Assembly (NCBI GenBank): GCA_043809245.1
Contig: JAZDDZ010000010.1
Span: 1-54,359 of the forward strand
DNA length: 54,359 nt
Reading direction: 5' to 3'
DNA from: Candidatus Iainarchaeum sp.
GTDB lineage: Archaea; Iainarchaeota; Iainarchaeia; Iainarchaeales; JAZDDZ01
Below are positions 43,703-52,324 of this stretch, one piece after another. The position numbers and the translations under genes are program-made. The notes beneath the pieces were generated by a model. That model had not been told where the DNA came from and did no database searches. It was given only the letters and a program-made list of their open reading frames with translations. Each line of letters begins with the position of its first letter. The first letter of the stretch is position 1.

Positions 43703-44209
43703 ATGGCTAAGGTTTTGTTTGTGATTGCGCCGAAGGATTTTCGTGATGAAGAATTGTTTCACACAAAAGAAGAGCTGGAAAAAGCAGGGCACACTTCAAC
43801 GATTGCCTCTTTAAGGAAAGGCGCTTGTTCCGGGAGAATGGGTGGAAGCGCTGAGGCAACACTTGCGGTTGACGAAGCAAAGGCATCTGATTTTGACGCG
43901 GTTGTGTTCGTTGGAGGCGGCGGGGCAGCGGTTTACTTTGAAAACCACGCGGCATTCAATTTGGCTAAAAACTTCAAAAACCAGGAAAAAATTGTTTCAG
44001 CGATTTGCATTGCGCCAAGCATTCTTGCAAACGCAGGGGTATTGAAGGGAAAAAAGGCAACGTGTTTTCCCTCGGAGAAAGACAATTTGCGCGTCAAAGG
44101 AGCCAATTACACTGGAACGCCAGTTGAAGTTGACGGAAGAATCATCACCGCTAACGGGCCTGAAGCCGCAAGGGCTTTCGGGAAAAAAATCGCTGAAGCG
44201 CTGAAATGA
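43703..44209 (+). CDS. DJ-1/PfpI family protein
   Basis: DFRDEE, FDAVVFVGG.GA, SAICIAP, IITANGP. Confidence 0.92.
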   Translation: MAKVLFVIAPKDFRDEELFHTKEELEKAGHTSTIASLRKGACSGRMGGSAEATLAVDEAKASDFDAVVFVGGGGAAVYFENHAAFNLAKNFKNQEKIVSAICIAPSILANAGVLKGKKATCFPSEKDNLRVKGANYTGTPVEVDGRIITANGPEAARAFGKKIAEALK

Positions 44210-44578
44210 TTACCGCAGCATGCGTCTATTGGTTATCGGTTTAGTGAGGTTAAACTTTTTGCCATAGCTTCTGACAAGGTTTCCTTCAGGGCTGATTTTG
44301 AATCCTTCTTGCCTAATTCTTGCTTTATACGCAGGTTCATTGCCTTCAGCGCGAAGCGCTAAAAGCTCTCTTGCAAGGGTTTCCCTGCCCCTCACAATTG
44401 ATTCCCTTGCATCCGCTGTCAGCGGTACAACTGTTATTACCCCCCTTGCGCCACGACCAATAAAAACATTGTTCTCAAGGCAGAAAAGCTTCAGTGCGGC
44501 AATGCTTTGAGGCGAAGGATTTCGAAAAACGTGCCTGCCAAGAGCCAAGGCGTTTTCCATTATTTTTCTGCGGTCCAT
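44210..44578 (-). CDS. Orphan basic protein
   Basis: 122-aa ORF ending KPITNRRMLR. Confidence 0.55.
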   Translation of the reverse strand: MDRRKIMENALALGRHVFRNPSPQSIAALKLFCLENNVFIGRGARGVITVVPLTADARESIVRGRETLARELLALRAEGNEPAYKARIRQEGFKISPEGNLVRSYGKKFNLTKPITNRRMLR

Positions 44579-44634
44579 GAAAATTGGATTGAATAAAACA
44601 ATTAAATCCCTTTCGCGGGAAAGAATTGTTTAAT

Positions 44635-44705
44635 GCAGCCGTGATGTAGTGGTAGCATTGAAGCTTCCCAAGCTTTTCGCCCGGGTTCGAGTCCCGGCGG
44701 CTGCA
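44635..44705 (+). tRNA. tRNA-Gly(CCC), intronless
   Basis: GCAGCCG/CGGCTGC acceptor; GAAGC-TTCCCAA-GCTTT arm; CCGGG-TTCGAGT-CCCGG T-arm. Confidence 0.93.
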
Positions 44706-44780
44706 ATCAACTGCGCAAGCGTATGCGAGCGCAGCGAGCATGTCCCCTGAGGGGGACTCGTACCCGCCGGACGTGACGGC

Positions 44781-44801
44781 GTTTGAGTCCCGGCGGTCGC
44801 A
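44781..44801 (+). repeat. Partial duplicate of a tRNA-Gly 3' end (att-like)
   Basis: GTTTGAGTCCCGGCGGTCGCA versus GTTCGAGTCCCGGCGGCTGCA (CCC/TCC copies) and GTTCGACCCCCGGCGGTCGCA (GCC copy). Confidence 0.7.
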
Positions 44802-44827
44802 TAATCAGACGCGGGCCGCAAGCCAGA

Positions 44828-44905
44828 GTTATCACTAATAATTTAACAATTGCCGGTGGTGATAACCAGCCGTGGCTTGTTTTTAATGATTTTGGTGGTG
44901 ATAAC
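44828..44905. promoter_or_regulatory. Three GTGATAAC boxes upstream of the fic gene
   Basis: GTTATCAC at 44828-44835 (inverted); GGTGGTGATAAC at 44855-44866 and 44894-44905. Confidence 0.5.
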
Positions 44906-44910
44906 TAATT

Positions 44911-45921
44911 ATGCGGAATCTGATTAAGAGAAAGCTGAAAGGACAAACATATTTTTATCTCGAAAAGAACATTAAAATAGGGCCTAGCAAGTGGAAAAAG
45001 GTCTCAGTATATTTAGGCAAAAAAAGGCCTGCAAAAGGCGAGCTTTCCAAGAACCAGAAAGTTTTAGGCAGAAAATTAAGGGCGGCAGTGGACAGATTCT
45101 ATGACGAAAGGATAAGCCAATTCACATTTTCTTTCCTTTCAAAAGAGCAGATAATAGAAATTGAGAAAGCCCGAACCAATTTTTTGGGACGTTTTGAAAA
45201 GCTTAGCAAGCAATTAAAAGAGAAATTCAATAAGCAGCAGGCAATTGATTTCGTTTACACTACGCTTAGGACAGAAGGCATTGATGTAAGTTCAGAGGAT
45301 GTTGAAACCGCGTTTAAAATACTGAGAAAAAAGCGCGGAGAGTTAGTATTAAATGAAAAAGTGATCATTTCAAGCTTAATGCTTACCGGGCTTGACTTTC
45401 TTTCAAAAATTGAAGTTAGCAAAAAAGACCTATTGAAACTGCACGGAATAGTAATGTCTTATTTTGAAGGCAAAAGCCCGGGGCAATTAAGGGACGACCA
45501 ACGGGTAATAATGCGATTTAATCCCAAAACTTTCCAGCAGGAAGAAATCAAATACGGGCCGCCGCCGCCAGAACTTGTTGAAAGGGAGTTTGACAAGTTT
45601 TTTGAATGGTTTGAAAGGAACCGAAAAACCCACCCAGTAGAACTTGCTGCGCTAACCCACTTGAAGCTTTACACGGTTCACCCATTCAAGGATGGCAACA
45701 AAAGAATGTGCCGCCTAATATTCAACAAAATCCTCCAAGACAACAACTATCCAACACTTAATATTTCAAAAAACACTACAGAATACTTTAAAAGTTTAGT
45801 GAGGTCAGTGGAAGAAAAAAACTACAAATACTTTGTTGAATTCTGCTACAAAAACTTCCTAGAGCAAGTAAAGAACAAAAGATTCAAAAGCGGGAAAAAA
45901 GGCGTGCCAAAATTAAATTAA
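44911..45921 (+). CDS. Fic-domain protein
   Basis: HPFKDGNKRMCR Fic motif; PGQLR; HPVELAA. Confidence 0.9.
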   Translation: MRNLIKRKLKGQTYFYLEKNIKIGPSKWKKVSVYLGKKRPAKGELSKNQKVLGRKLRAAVDRFYDERISQFTFSFLSKEQIIEIEKARTNFLGRFEKLSKQLKEKFNKQQAIDFVYTTLRTEGIDVSSEDVETAFKILRKKRGELVLNEKVIISSLMLTGLDFLSKIEVSKKDLLKLHGIVMSYFEGKSPGQLRDDQRVIMRFNPKTFQQEEIKYGPPPPELVEREFDKFFEWFERNRKTHPVELAALTHLKLYTVHPFKDGNKRMCRLIFNKILQDNNYPTLNISKNTTEYFKSLVRSVEEKNYKYFVEFCYKNFLEQVKNKRFKSGKKGVPKLN

Positions 45922-46530
45922 CTGAGTTAACCTGCTTTTCACCTTCGCAAACGTGTGCGCAATTGAATCGCTTGCGTTAATCAGCTGAATGTTTTCCCTT
46001 GGAAAAAACTTTTTCATTTCTCTGAACTTCTTTCTGACTTTTTCCAGGAACTTTTTTTGCTCAAATTTCTGGAGCCTGGATTTGCGCGAAGAAGTGATGC
46101 GCTTCAAGGCAACGGAGGCAGGCAAATCGAAAATCAGAACCAAATCAGGAGAGCGCGTGCCTTTATGCATTGAAATGATTTTTTTTGAGGGAATGCCTTG
46201 AACTGATTGGTATGCCAAAGTGGAGTATTTGAAGCGGTCGCATAAGACTATTTTTCCGGAACGCAGCGCGGGAATGATTTTTTTGCGCAAATGCTCGCAG
46301 CGGTCTTTAACGTAAAACTCCAAGCATTTCAAGGCGTTTGATTTGGGGTCGGAATCTTTTCTTTGAAGCGCTTTAGCTTTTCTGCCAAAAACCCCATTCG
46401 TGGGCTCTTTTGTGAGCAGAATTTGTTTTGCGGAAAAGCCTTGTTCAATTAGGAATTTTTTGGCGAGTTTCAGTTGTGTGGATTTGCCGCAGCCGTCAAG
46501 TCCGTCAAAGACAAGGAAAAAGCCGTTCAT
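45913..46530 (-). CDS. tmk: Thymidylate kinase
   Basis: FDGLDGCGKSTQ, TKEP, CDRFKYSTLAYQ, PDL. Confidence 0.93.
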   Translation of the reverse strand: MNGFFLVFDGLDGCGKSTQLKLAKKFLIEQGFSAKQILLTKEPTNGVFGRKAKALQRKDSDPKSNALKCLEFYVKDRCEHLRKKIIPALRSGKIVLCDRFKYSTLAYQSVQGIPSKKIISMHKGTRSPDLVLIFDLPASVALKRITSSRKSRLQKFEQKKFLEKVRKKFREMKKFFPRENIQLINASDSIAHTFAKVKSRLTQLI

Positions 46531-46919
46531 TTTGGGTGCCCCTTGAAAAGCCTTGAAAGCCAAGGCCTTTTTCTCTTTTGCACGAGTTTTTGCTGCACTA
46601 CAGGTTTAACGTGTTCAGGTTTAATTGTTTTGGATAATCCAAAGTTTGCTTCCTGTATTCTAATTAATTCCCTCTCATCAGGAATATTGGCTCCAAATGC
46701 GAATAAAACTGAAAGAAAAGACTCCATTGGCAGTTTTTCAAAAGCGCCGGTATCCTGGTTTATGTGAATGCCTGTTCTGGCGCAAAGAGAAGAATACTCT
46801 TGTGCTTTAGCAGGATTTATCTGCTCTCCAGAATCAACGAGGGCTTTATTAGCTCTATAAAGATTCAGCATTCTAGCAAGCATTTGCCCCGGCGTTAATT
46901 CTTCCAGATATTCTTCCAT
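46527..46919 (-). CDS. Orphan protein with a basic C-terminus
   Basis: Ends VQKRKRPWLSRLFKGHPK; stop overlaps the tmk start. Confidence 0.6.
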   Translation of the reverse strand: MEEYLEELTPGQMLARMLNLYRANKALVDSGEQINPAKAQEYSSLCARTGIHINQDTGAFEKLPMESFLSVLFAFGANIPDERELIRIQEANFGLSKTIKPEHVKPVVQQKLVQKRKRPWLSRLFKGHPK

Positions 46920-46987
46920 ATATTAATCCTTTGCCCTGCCAAACAGCTTTAAACATTTCTGGTGAAAGAATTATTCAGGGGTTTTGA

Positions 46988-47269
46988 ATGAAAATGAGGT
47001 TTTGCCCGCAGTGCGCTTCGCTTGAAGTTTCACCCAATGGCTTAGGGGGATACAGGTGCAGGAAATGCCATTATTCCGGCGAGATAAGGGAAGGCAGCGT
47101 TGATGAATTGAATGCTTTAAAGAAAAGGGTTAACGACAGGAATAAGGCAAAAATGACTGTTGTAGAGGAGCCAAAGCCAAAGGACATAAGGCCCACTGAT
47201 TTGAGGGCAAGGAATTTGATGGCAAAAAAAATCGCGCCAAAAAAAACAGATGACTGGGAAATCATTTAA
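46988..47269 (+). CDS. Zinc-ribbon protein
   Basis: FCPQCAS...YRCRKCHYSG. Confidence 0.7.
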   Translation: MKMRFCPQCASLEVSPNGLGGYRCRKCHYSGEIREGSVDELNALKKRVNDRNKAKMTVVEEPKPKDIRPTDLRARNLMAKKIAPKKTDDWEII

Positions 47270-47286
47270 GAAATCCCAGCCGAAAA

Positions 47287-47508
47287 CTATTTTTTCATGC
47301 AGCAACAGCATATGTTCAGCAATACCAGGATTCCCAGTATCAGCGTGAGCACAGGCCACACAATGCCAAGCGCTGGAAGAGTGTAAACGTTAAAGTAAGC
47401 GAGAAAGCCTAAAATCGCGAGGATTATCAGCAATCCGCCCTTGCACCAGCACTTGTGGTGTCCGCCTTCACAGCACTTGTCGCCGCCTTTCATCATTTCA
47501 TCAGCCAT
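47287..47508 (-). CDS. Small Cys/His-rich two-TM membrane protein
   Basis: GGAGGTGA RBS; KCCEGGHHKCWC and CCC termini; WP motif. Confidence 0.75.
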   Translation of the reverse strand: MADEMMKGGDKCCEGGHHKCWCKGGLLIILAILGFLAYFNVYTLPALGIVWPVLTLILGILVLLNICCCCMKK

Positions 47509-47581
47509 TGAAAATCACCTCCTTCAAGAGAAAGTGTTTAAAGGTATTTAATCCTTTTCATTTAACTGAGAAGGTTTTTGA

Positions 47582-47989
47582 TTGTCCCCAAGAATAATGC
47601 CACAAGGGAAACAGGAATTATGGAAAGGGTTAAAGCTCGGCGAGTGGAACGCCAAATGTTTTGCAGGGGAAAAAACTGTTGAAAGCGCGGCTATAAAAAA
47701 AACAGCGGCTTTTGCGCGAAAAAACATGACTGCCTATAGAAAAGCTGTTGAAGCCGTGGAAAAATATGAAAGCAGGGCAGGAAAAAAAGGGTTTAGCCTG
47801 CCGGAAGAAGAGCTTAACAGAAGAAAAGTGCTAAGGCATACGCTTGCATTAAGCATTATTGGCACTGGCAGATTGTTGAGAAAAGGCCATGAATACACGC
47901 AACAGCTTCCTAAAGGCGAAATCCTTATAACAAAGAACAAAGCCGGAGAAATAAACTTTAAGCTAATTGCGCAGCCGAAAGACCTCTGA
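47582..47989 (+). CDS. Orphan basic protein
   Basis: 135-aa ORF; start uncertain. Confidence 0.55.
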   Translation: MSPRIMPQGKQELWKGLKLGEWNAKCFAGEKTVESAAIKKTAAFARKNMTAYRKAVEAVEKYESRAGKKGFSLPEEELNRRKVLRHTLALSIIGTGRLLRKGHEYTQQLPKGEILITKNKAGEINFKLIAQPKDL

Positions 47990-48038
47990 CGGTTTAACCT
48001 ATTTAATCCTTTTGCTGGAAGAAATAATTCTGCGGGCT

Positions 48039-48155
48039 GCAGCCGTCGTCTAGTGGTTAGTTTTCACACGGGCGGCTTTAAGCACCTGGTGGAAAACCCA
48101 TAAAGGATCAGAGCCTTCCAAGCTCTTGACCCGGGTTCGAGTCCCGGCGGCTGCA
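48039..48155 (+). tRNA. tRNA-Gly(TCC) with a 45-nt D-loop intron (48059-48103)
   Basis: AGAGC-CTTCCAA-GCTCT arm; same BHB and intron ends as Gly(GCC); 72-nt mature form. Confidence 0.92.
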
Positions 48156-48179
48156 AAACGCTTTTTTAAAGGCGTTAGC

Positions 48180-48584
48180 ATGAGCGCAATAAAAGACCTA
48201 AAACTATTGCTGAAGTCAATGAACCCGGAACTTTCTGGCGGAGAATTTGTTTTCTGCTCAGTTTCCGATAATGCTTTGGCTGAATTGAATGAAAAGCCAT
48301 TGCTTGTGTTCAGGGAAAAAGAATGGGCAACGGTTGTTTTGGAGAGAGAAGCGGCCGAAAGGCATTCGCTTGCTTTTTCAGGCAGCTTGGCGCTTATAAC
48401 CTTGAACGTGCACTCAGACCTTTCAGCTGTAGGGTTTCTGGCGGCTGTCACTGCAAGGCTTGCGGAGCACGAAATAAGCGTTAACGTTGTTTCAGCTTTC
48501 CACCACGACCACTTGTTTGTTCCCGCGGAAAAAGCCGAAGAGGCGATGCGATTGCTCAAGGAATTGCAGGAATCAAAGGCTTAA
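48180..48584 (+). CDS. ACT-domain protein (DUF2241-like)
   Basis: DLKLLLKSMNPEL, FREKE..T, ITLNVHSDLSAVGF, SAFHHDHLFVP. Confidence 0.85.
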   Translation: MSAIKDLKLLLKSMNPELSGGEFVFCSVSDNALAELNEKPLLVFREKEWATVVLEREAAERHSLAFSGSLALITLNVHSDLSAVGFLAAVTARLAEHEISVNVVSAFHHDHLFVPAEKAEEAMRLLKELQESKA

Positions 48585-48621
48585 AATTGCTTTGCTGGCA
48601 GGGGAAATATTATTAAACTCT

Positions 48622-48641
48622 TGTAAACATATTTGTTTACA
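48622..48641. promoter_or_regulatory. Palindromic operator of the RHH-RelE toxin-antitoxin operon
   Basis: TGTAAACA-N4-TGTTTACA between the TATA box and the RBS. Confidence 0.65.
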
Positions 48642-48650
48642 GGTGGTTTT

Positions 48651-48878
48651 ATGGCTGGCCAGATTCAGGTGCAGTTGAGGGTGCCTAAGGATACTGTAAA
48701 GAACATTGATTCAATGGTTAGCGAGGGAAGGTTCAAGAGCAGAAGCGACGCGATTAAAACAATGATTTCAAGTTTTGAGGAAAGGGAAAAAACAAGGGAA
48801 TTCTATAAAATGCTTATCGAGAGAAGCAAGAAAACTTCTGAAAAGCCTGAAAAACTAATTCCTTTAAGTGAGATTTAG
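48651..48878 (+). CDS. Ribbon-helix-helix antitoxin
   Basis: IQVQLRVP...ID.MV.EG.FKSRSDAI. Confidence 0.8.
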   Translation: MAGQIQVQLRVPKDTVKNIDSMVSEGRFKSRSDAIKTMISSFEEREKTREFYKMLIERSKKTSEKPEKLIPLSEI

Positions 48879-49144
48879 TGGCTTTCAAAGTTCTTTTTGG
48901 AGAGAAAGCTGCGCGTGAATTAAGAAAACTGGATAATTTCACAAAGGAAAGAATAAAAAAAGAAATAAATGAATTGGAGAAAAACCCTGAAAAAGGAAAG
49001 CATTTGCAGTACTGCGATTATTGGAGCCTAAGAATAGGCGATTACAGGGCAATTTATGAAATAAAAAAACAAGAACAAAAAATAATAGTCATTTTTGTAG
49101 GGCACAGAAAGCACGTTTATGAGGATTTCACAAAATTGTTTTAG
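48878..49144 (+). CDS. RelE/ParE family toxin
   Basis: WSLRIGDYRAIY; VGHRKHVY. Confidence 0.9.
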   Translation: MAFKVLFGEKAARELRKLDNFTKERIKKEINELEKNPEKGKHLQYCDYWSLRIGDYRAIYEIKKQEQKIIVIFVGHRKHVYEDFTKLF

Positions 49145-49156
49145 TGGGCGAAAAAA

Positions 49157-49549
49157 ATGAAGCCAAGGGAAAAGTCTTTCGTTGAACGCATTGCATTGGA
49201 GCGCATTTACCGCCTTTTCGAGTTGGCTGGAGCGGAGTTCAAGAAGCACCCTGAACGCAGCAAGCGTTACGTGGAGTTGGCGCGCGAGATTGGGAAACGG
49301 AACCGCGTGAAAGTGCCTGGGGAATTGAAGGAAAGCTATTGCAGGAAATGCAACGCGTTTTTGGTTAAGGGAAAGAACGCGAAAGCGGTTAAGGAAAAGC
49401 ATTTTCTCGTGCTTGAATGCAAAGAGTGCGGGGGCAAGAGAAAATATCCATTGAAAGACCATTATGACGAGTTCTTACACGAAATACAGAAAGAAAGGAT
49501 GACCGCCTTGTGGGAAAATAAAAAAGACAAGAAATGGGGGCGGATTTAA
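49157..49549 (+). CDS. rnp4: Ribonuclease P protein component 4 (Rpp21) with a C-terminal extension
   Basis: IALERIYRLF, RYVELAREI, YCRKC, CKECG..RKYP. Confidence 0.9.
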   Translation: MKPREKSFVERIALERIYRLFELAGAEFKKHPERSKRYVELAREIGKRNRVKVPGELKESYCRKCNAFLVKGKNAKAVKEKHFLVLECKECGGKRKYPLKDHYDEFLHEIQKERMTALWENKKDKKWGRI

Positions 49550-49676
49550 TTCGAAACTAAAGAATAAATAACTTTTAAAGCTTTTCATTCGGTGAAATAG
49601 TTATTGTTGGCGGCAGAAAGTTAGTCAAAAAAAAGTTTTTGCGCGCGGCATTGATGAAAGGAAAAAGATCACGAAA

Positions 49677-51101
49677 ATGACTAAAAAGAAGGCTTATTCT
49701 AAAAAATACTTGAGGCCAAGGTGGCCTTTCCTTTACCAGGACACGCATGGAATGCTTTACGTTGACGACTACTCCGTGAAGGCAATTGCGCAGAAATTCG
49801 GCACGCCATTGCACATAATGGTTGAAAGCGAGTTAAGGAGCAGAATGAGAAGGATTCAACGCGCTTTTCCTTATCCGAAGCTGAGGGTGCAGTACGCGGG
49901 AAAAAACAATTCAAACTTGGAAATCATAAGGATTGCAAGGGAAGAGGGAATGGAGTTTGACGCAAGCAGTGTCGGCGAAATAATTCTCGGATTGTTGGCT
50001 GACTTTGAGCCAAAGCAAATCACTTTCACAAACCTTTACAAAACCGAGGAAGACATTGCCTTTGCAGCGGAAGTCGGGGTTCAGGCAATCACCGCTGATT
50101 CAATTGAGGAACTGCAGAGGTTTGAAAGGGTCGGGCAGAAGTTAAAAACAAGGATCAAGACTTTCGTCAGAATCAATCCAGCGATAAAGCTCGGGAAATA
50201 TGACACAAAAGAGCACCAGTACGGCATTCCTTATGCGGGCGCAAAAAAAGCGCTATTGTATGCAATAAAATCAAAGTTCATTGACCTGCTGGGTTTGCAT
50301 TTTCACGGAGGATACATTTACAACCCAAAGGTTTACGAAATAGCAGCGGAAAAATTATTGAAGCTGATGAAGTTCTGCTATGAAAACAATTCAAGGGTCA
50401 AGTTCATTGATTTGGGCGGCGGGTTTCCCGTTGAAAGGGGCGCGCAAAGCGTGTTCATTCCCGAAGACATTGGGGAGAGGCTGGTAAGGCAGTTCAACAA
50501 GCTGTTGGGGCAGTTTAATTTGCCGCAGCCAAGGCTTATCTTTGAGCCGGGAAAATTCATCACAGCAAATTCAGGGCTGGCTTTGGTCAAGGTTGTCAGC
50601 AAAAAGGTGATTGAAAAAAAGAAGGTATTGGTTGTAGACGGCTCAACTTATGGCCTGGTTCCGGATGCCTTGGTGTACAAGGAAAATTATGATATCCTGC
50701 CCGCTACAAAAATGAACAAAGCGACCAAGGGAAAGTGGAGGATTGCGGGCTGCACGTGTGACTCGCATGACATCATAGGCCAGAACGAAATTTTGCCGGA
50801 ATTGGGGGAAGGCGATTTGCTTGCAATAATGGACTGCGGGGCATACAACAGCGTGATGTCATCAAACTTCAATACTTTGAAAAGGGCGCCAATTGTTTTG
50901 GTGAAAGAAGACGGAACATTGAAGCTCATAAGGAGAAGGGACCAGTACAGTGAAATGTTCGCACCGGAACTGGATGTGTTAAAGGTCGCTGACCCAAACG
51001 AATTGAAAAAGTATTACGCGATTACTAGGACAAACTTCAAAAAATTGTGGGAAAGCAGCGCGGCAAACGGAAAAATAAAAAGAAAAGGAATCATCAGGTG
51101 A
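49677..51101 (+). CDS. Fold-III PLP-dependent decarboxylase (diaminopimelate/ornithine decarboxylase family)
   Basis: FGTP, YAGKNN, DASS.GE, RINP, HFHGG, DLGGGF, EPGK, GCTCDSHD, GAY..M.SNFN. Confidence 0.88.
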   Translation: MTKKKAYSKKYLRPRWPFLYQDTHGMLYVDDYSVKAIAQKFGTPLHIMVESELRSRMRRIQRAFPYPKLRVQYAGKNNSNLEIIRIAREEGMEFDASSVGEIILGLLADFEPKQITFTNLYKTEEDIAFAAEVGVQAITADSIEELQRFERVGQKLKTRIKTFVRINPAIKLGKYDTKEHQYGIPYAGAKKALLYAIKSKFIDLLGLHFHGGYIYNPKVYEIAAEKLLKLMKFCYENNSRVKFIDLGGGFPVERGAQSVFIPEDIGERLVRQFNKLLGQFNLPQPRLIFEPGKFITANSGLALVKVVSKKVIEKKKVLVVDGSTYGLVPDALVYKENYDILPATKMNKATKGKWRIAGCTCDSHDIIGQNEILPELGEGDLLAIMDCGAYNSVMSSNFNTLKRAPIVLVKEDGTLKLIRRRDQYSEMFAPELDVLKVADPNELKKYYAITRTNFKKLWESSAANGKIKRKGIIR

Positions 51102-51111
51102 AAATTTTCTT

Positions 51112-52008
51112 TTACTTTTTTCTGCCGAAGCTTCTTTTAATTTTTCTTAAATTCCATTTCTTTTCAACGGTCAGCGCTTTAAACGGCCTTAATTGGTACA
51201 GGAACCTGGCTGGCAGGAACCTTGTTTCCCTGATGAATTCCTCCGGATTTCGCACGTGCACAAATTTCGCGTTCTTGCCTAAAGCCATGGCCATGTCTTC
51301 AGGGGAATCGCCCATTGCCCTTGCAAGATAACGCTTTCCTGAGAGCGCCTGCCCCCTCTTTTCTCTCAGAATCTTGATTGCCTGCTTTGCGCCAAGCGTT
51401 TTGTTCATTTTTCCAGGCAGAAGGCTTATTCCGTCCCTTGCATAAATTGGGTTAAGTTCAAGGCCCGTGTCGTAATAAATGTCGGAAATTGTCTTGTTAA
51501 TGAACCTTTTGAGCTTGTCCAGTTCCGCGGGCGTGACTTTGTGTTCTGGCGAATACCAGAGCTGTATTTCCTCCAGTTGTTTGACAAAAGGCGCAAGCCT
51601 TAGCTTATGCTGTTCTTTTCTTTTAGGGGGAATTCTTTTGTTGGCTTCAACAGAAGCATTGTATTCCACTAATTTATCCTTGATGTAATCCGCGGCCTTT
51701 TTCCTTCCCTTTTCATAGAATCTTTTTGCCTCGCGGGAAAGTTCCCTGCGCCCGTCAGGAAAAACCCTGTAAAGCCCCCTAGCGGCAAAAACCACTGTGT
51801 CTTTTTCTATTGCGTGTTTTTTTAGTGCTTCAAAAAGGCTGCCCTCGCCAAAAAGCGAATGGCCTTCCCTTCCGGTTATAATTGCAACCTTATAACCGCG
51901 CCCAACAAGGGACGCCACCCTCTGAAACGCAGCCTCATCATATTTGCCCAACTTATTCGTGAGCACGCCATCAAAGTCAAGCAGAAAAATCTTTTCCGAC
52001 CTAATCAT
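51112..52008 (-). CDS. HAD-superfamily hydrolase (IIB-like) with a basic C-terminal tail
   Basis: LDFDGVL, ITGR, NK and GDSPED motifs; ends RKIKRSFGRKK. Confidence 0.75.
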   Translation of the reverse strand: MIRSEKIFLLDFDGVLTNKLGKYDEAAFQRVASLVGRGYKVAIITGREGHSLFGEGSLFEALKKHAIEKDTVVFAARGLYRVFPDGRRELSREAKRFYEKGRKKAADYIKDKLVEYNASVEANKRIPPKRKEQHKLRLAPFVKQLEEIQLWYSPEHKVTPAELDKLKRFINKTISDIYYDTGLELNPIYARDGISLLPGKMNKTLGAKQAIKILREKRGQALSGKRYLARAMGDSPEDMAMALGKNAKFVHVRNPEEFIRETRFLPARFLYQLRPFKALTVEKKWNLRKIKRSFGRKK

Positions 52009-52073
52009 GCAGAATACCAGCCAATAAAATGTAGTGAGAGGGGATTATTTAGTTTAACTTTTTAAGGCAGCTG

Positions 52074-52205
52074 CTATTTCTTGCTTTTAGTTGACCTTCT
52101 TCCATCAGAGAACCTGCCGGCACGCGAACTTTTTTCGTGGAGGAAGGTTTCCCTCGCCTTTTTGGCGCGGTTTGACTTGGAGGAAGAGGAAAAGCGGTTC
52201 TTCAT
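52074..52205 (-). CDS. 43-aa basic microprotein, copy 1
   Basis: MKNRFSSSSKSNRAKKARETFLHEKSSRAGRFSDGRRSTKSKK; paralog at 54082-54213. Confidence 0.7.
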   Translation of the reverse strand: MKNRFSSSSKSNRAKKARETFLHEKSSRAGRFSDGRRSTKSKK

Positions 52206-52324
52206 GATGGAAATAGGGCTGACAGGGTTTTTAAAGTAAATTGCCAGCGCGATTTTGCCAAGCAAAAAAAGTTGGAAGCCCCTTGGTTTGAAAAGATAAA
52301 TAGGTTTAAAAGAGGTTTGAAAAG

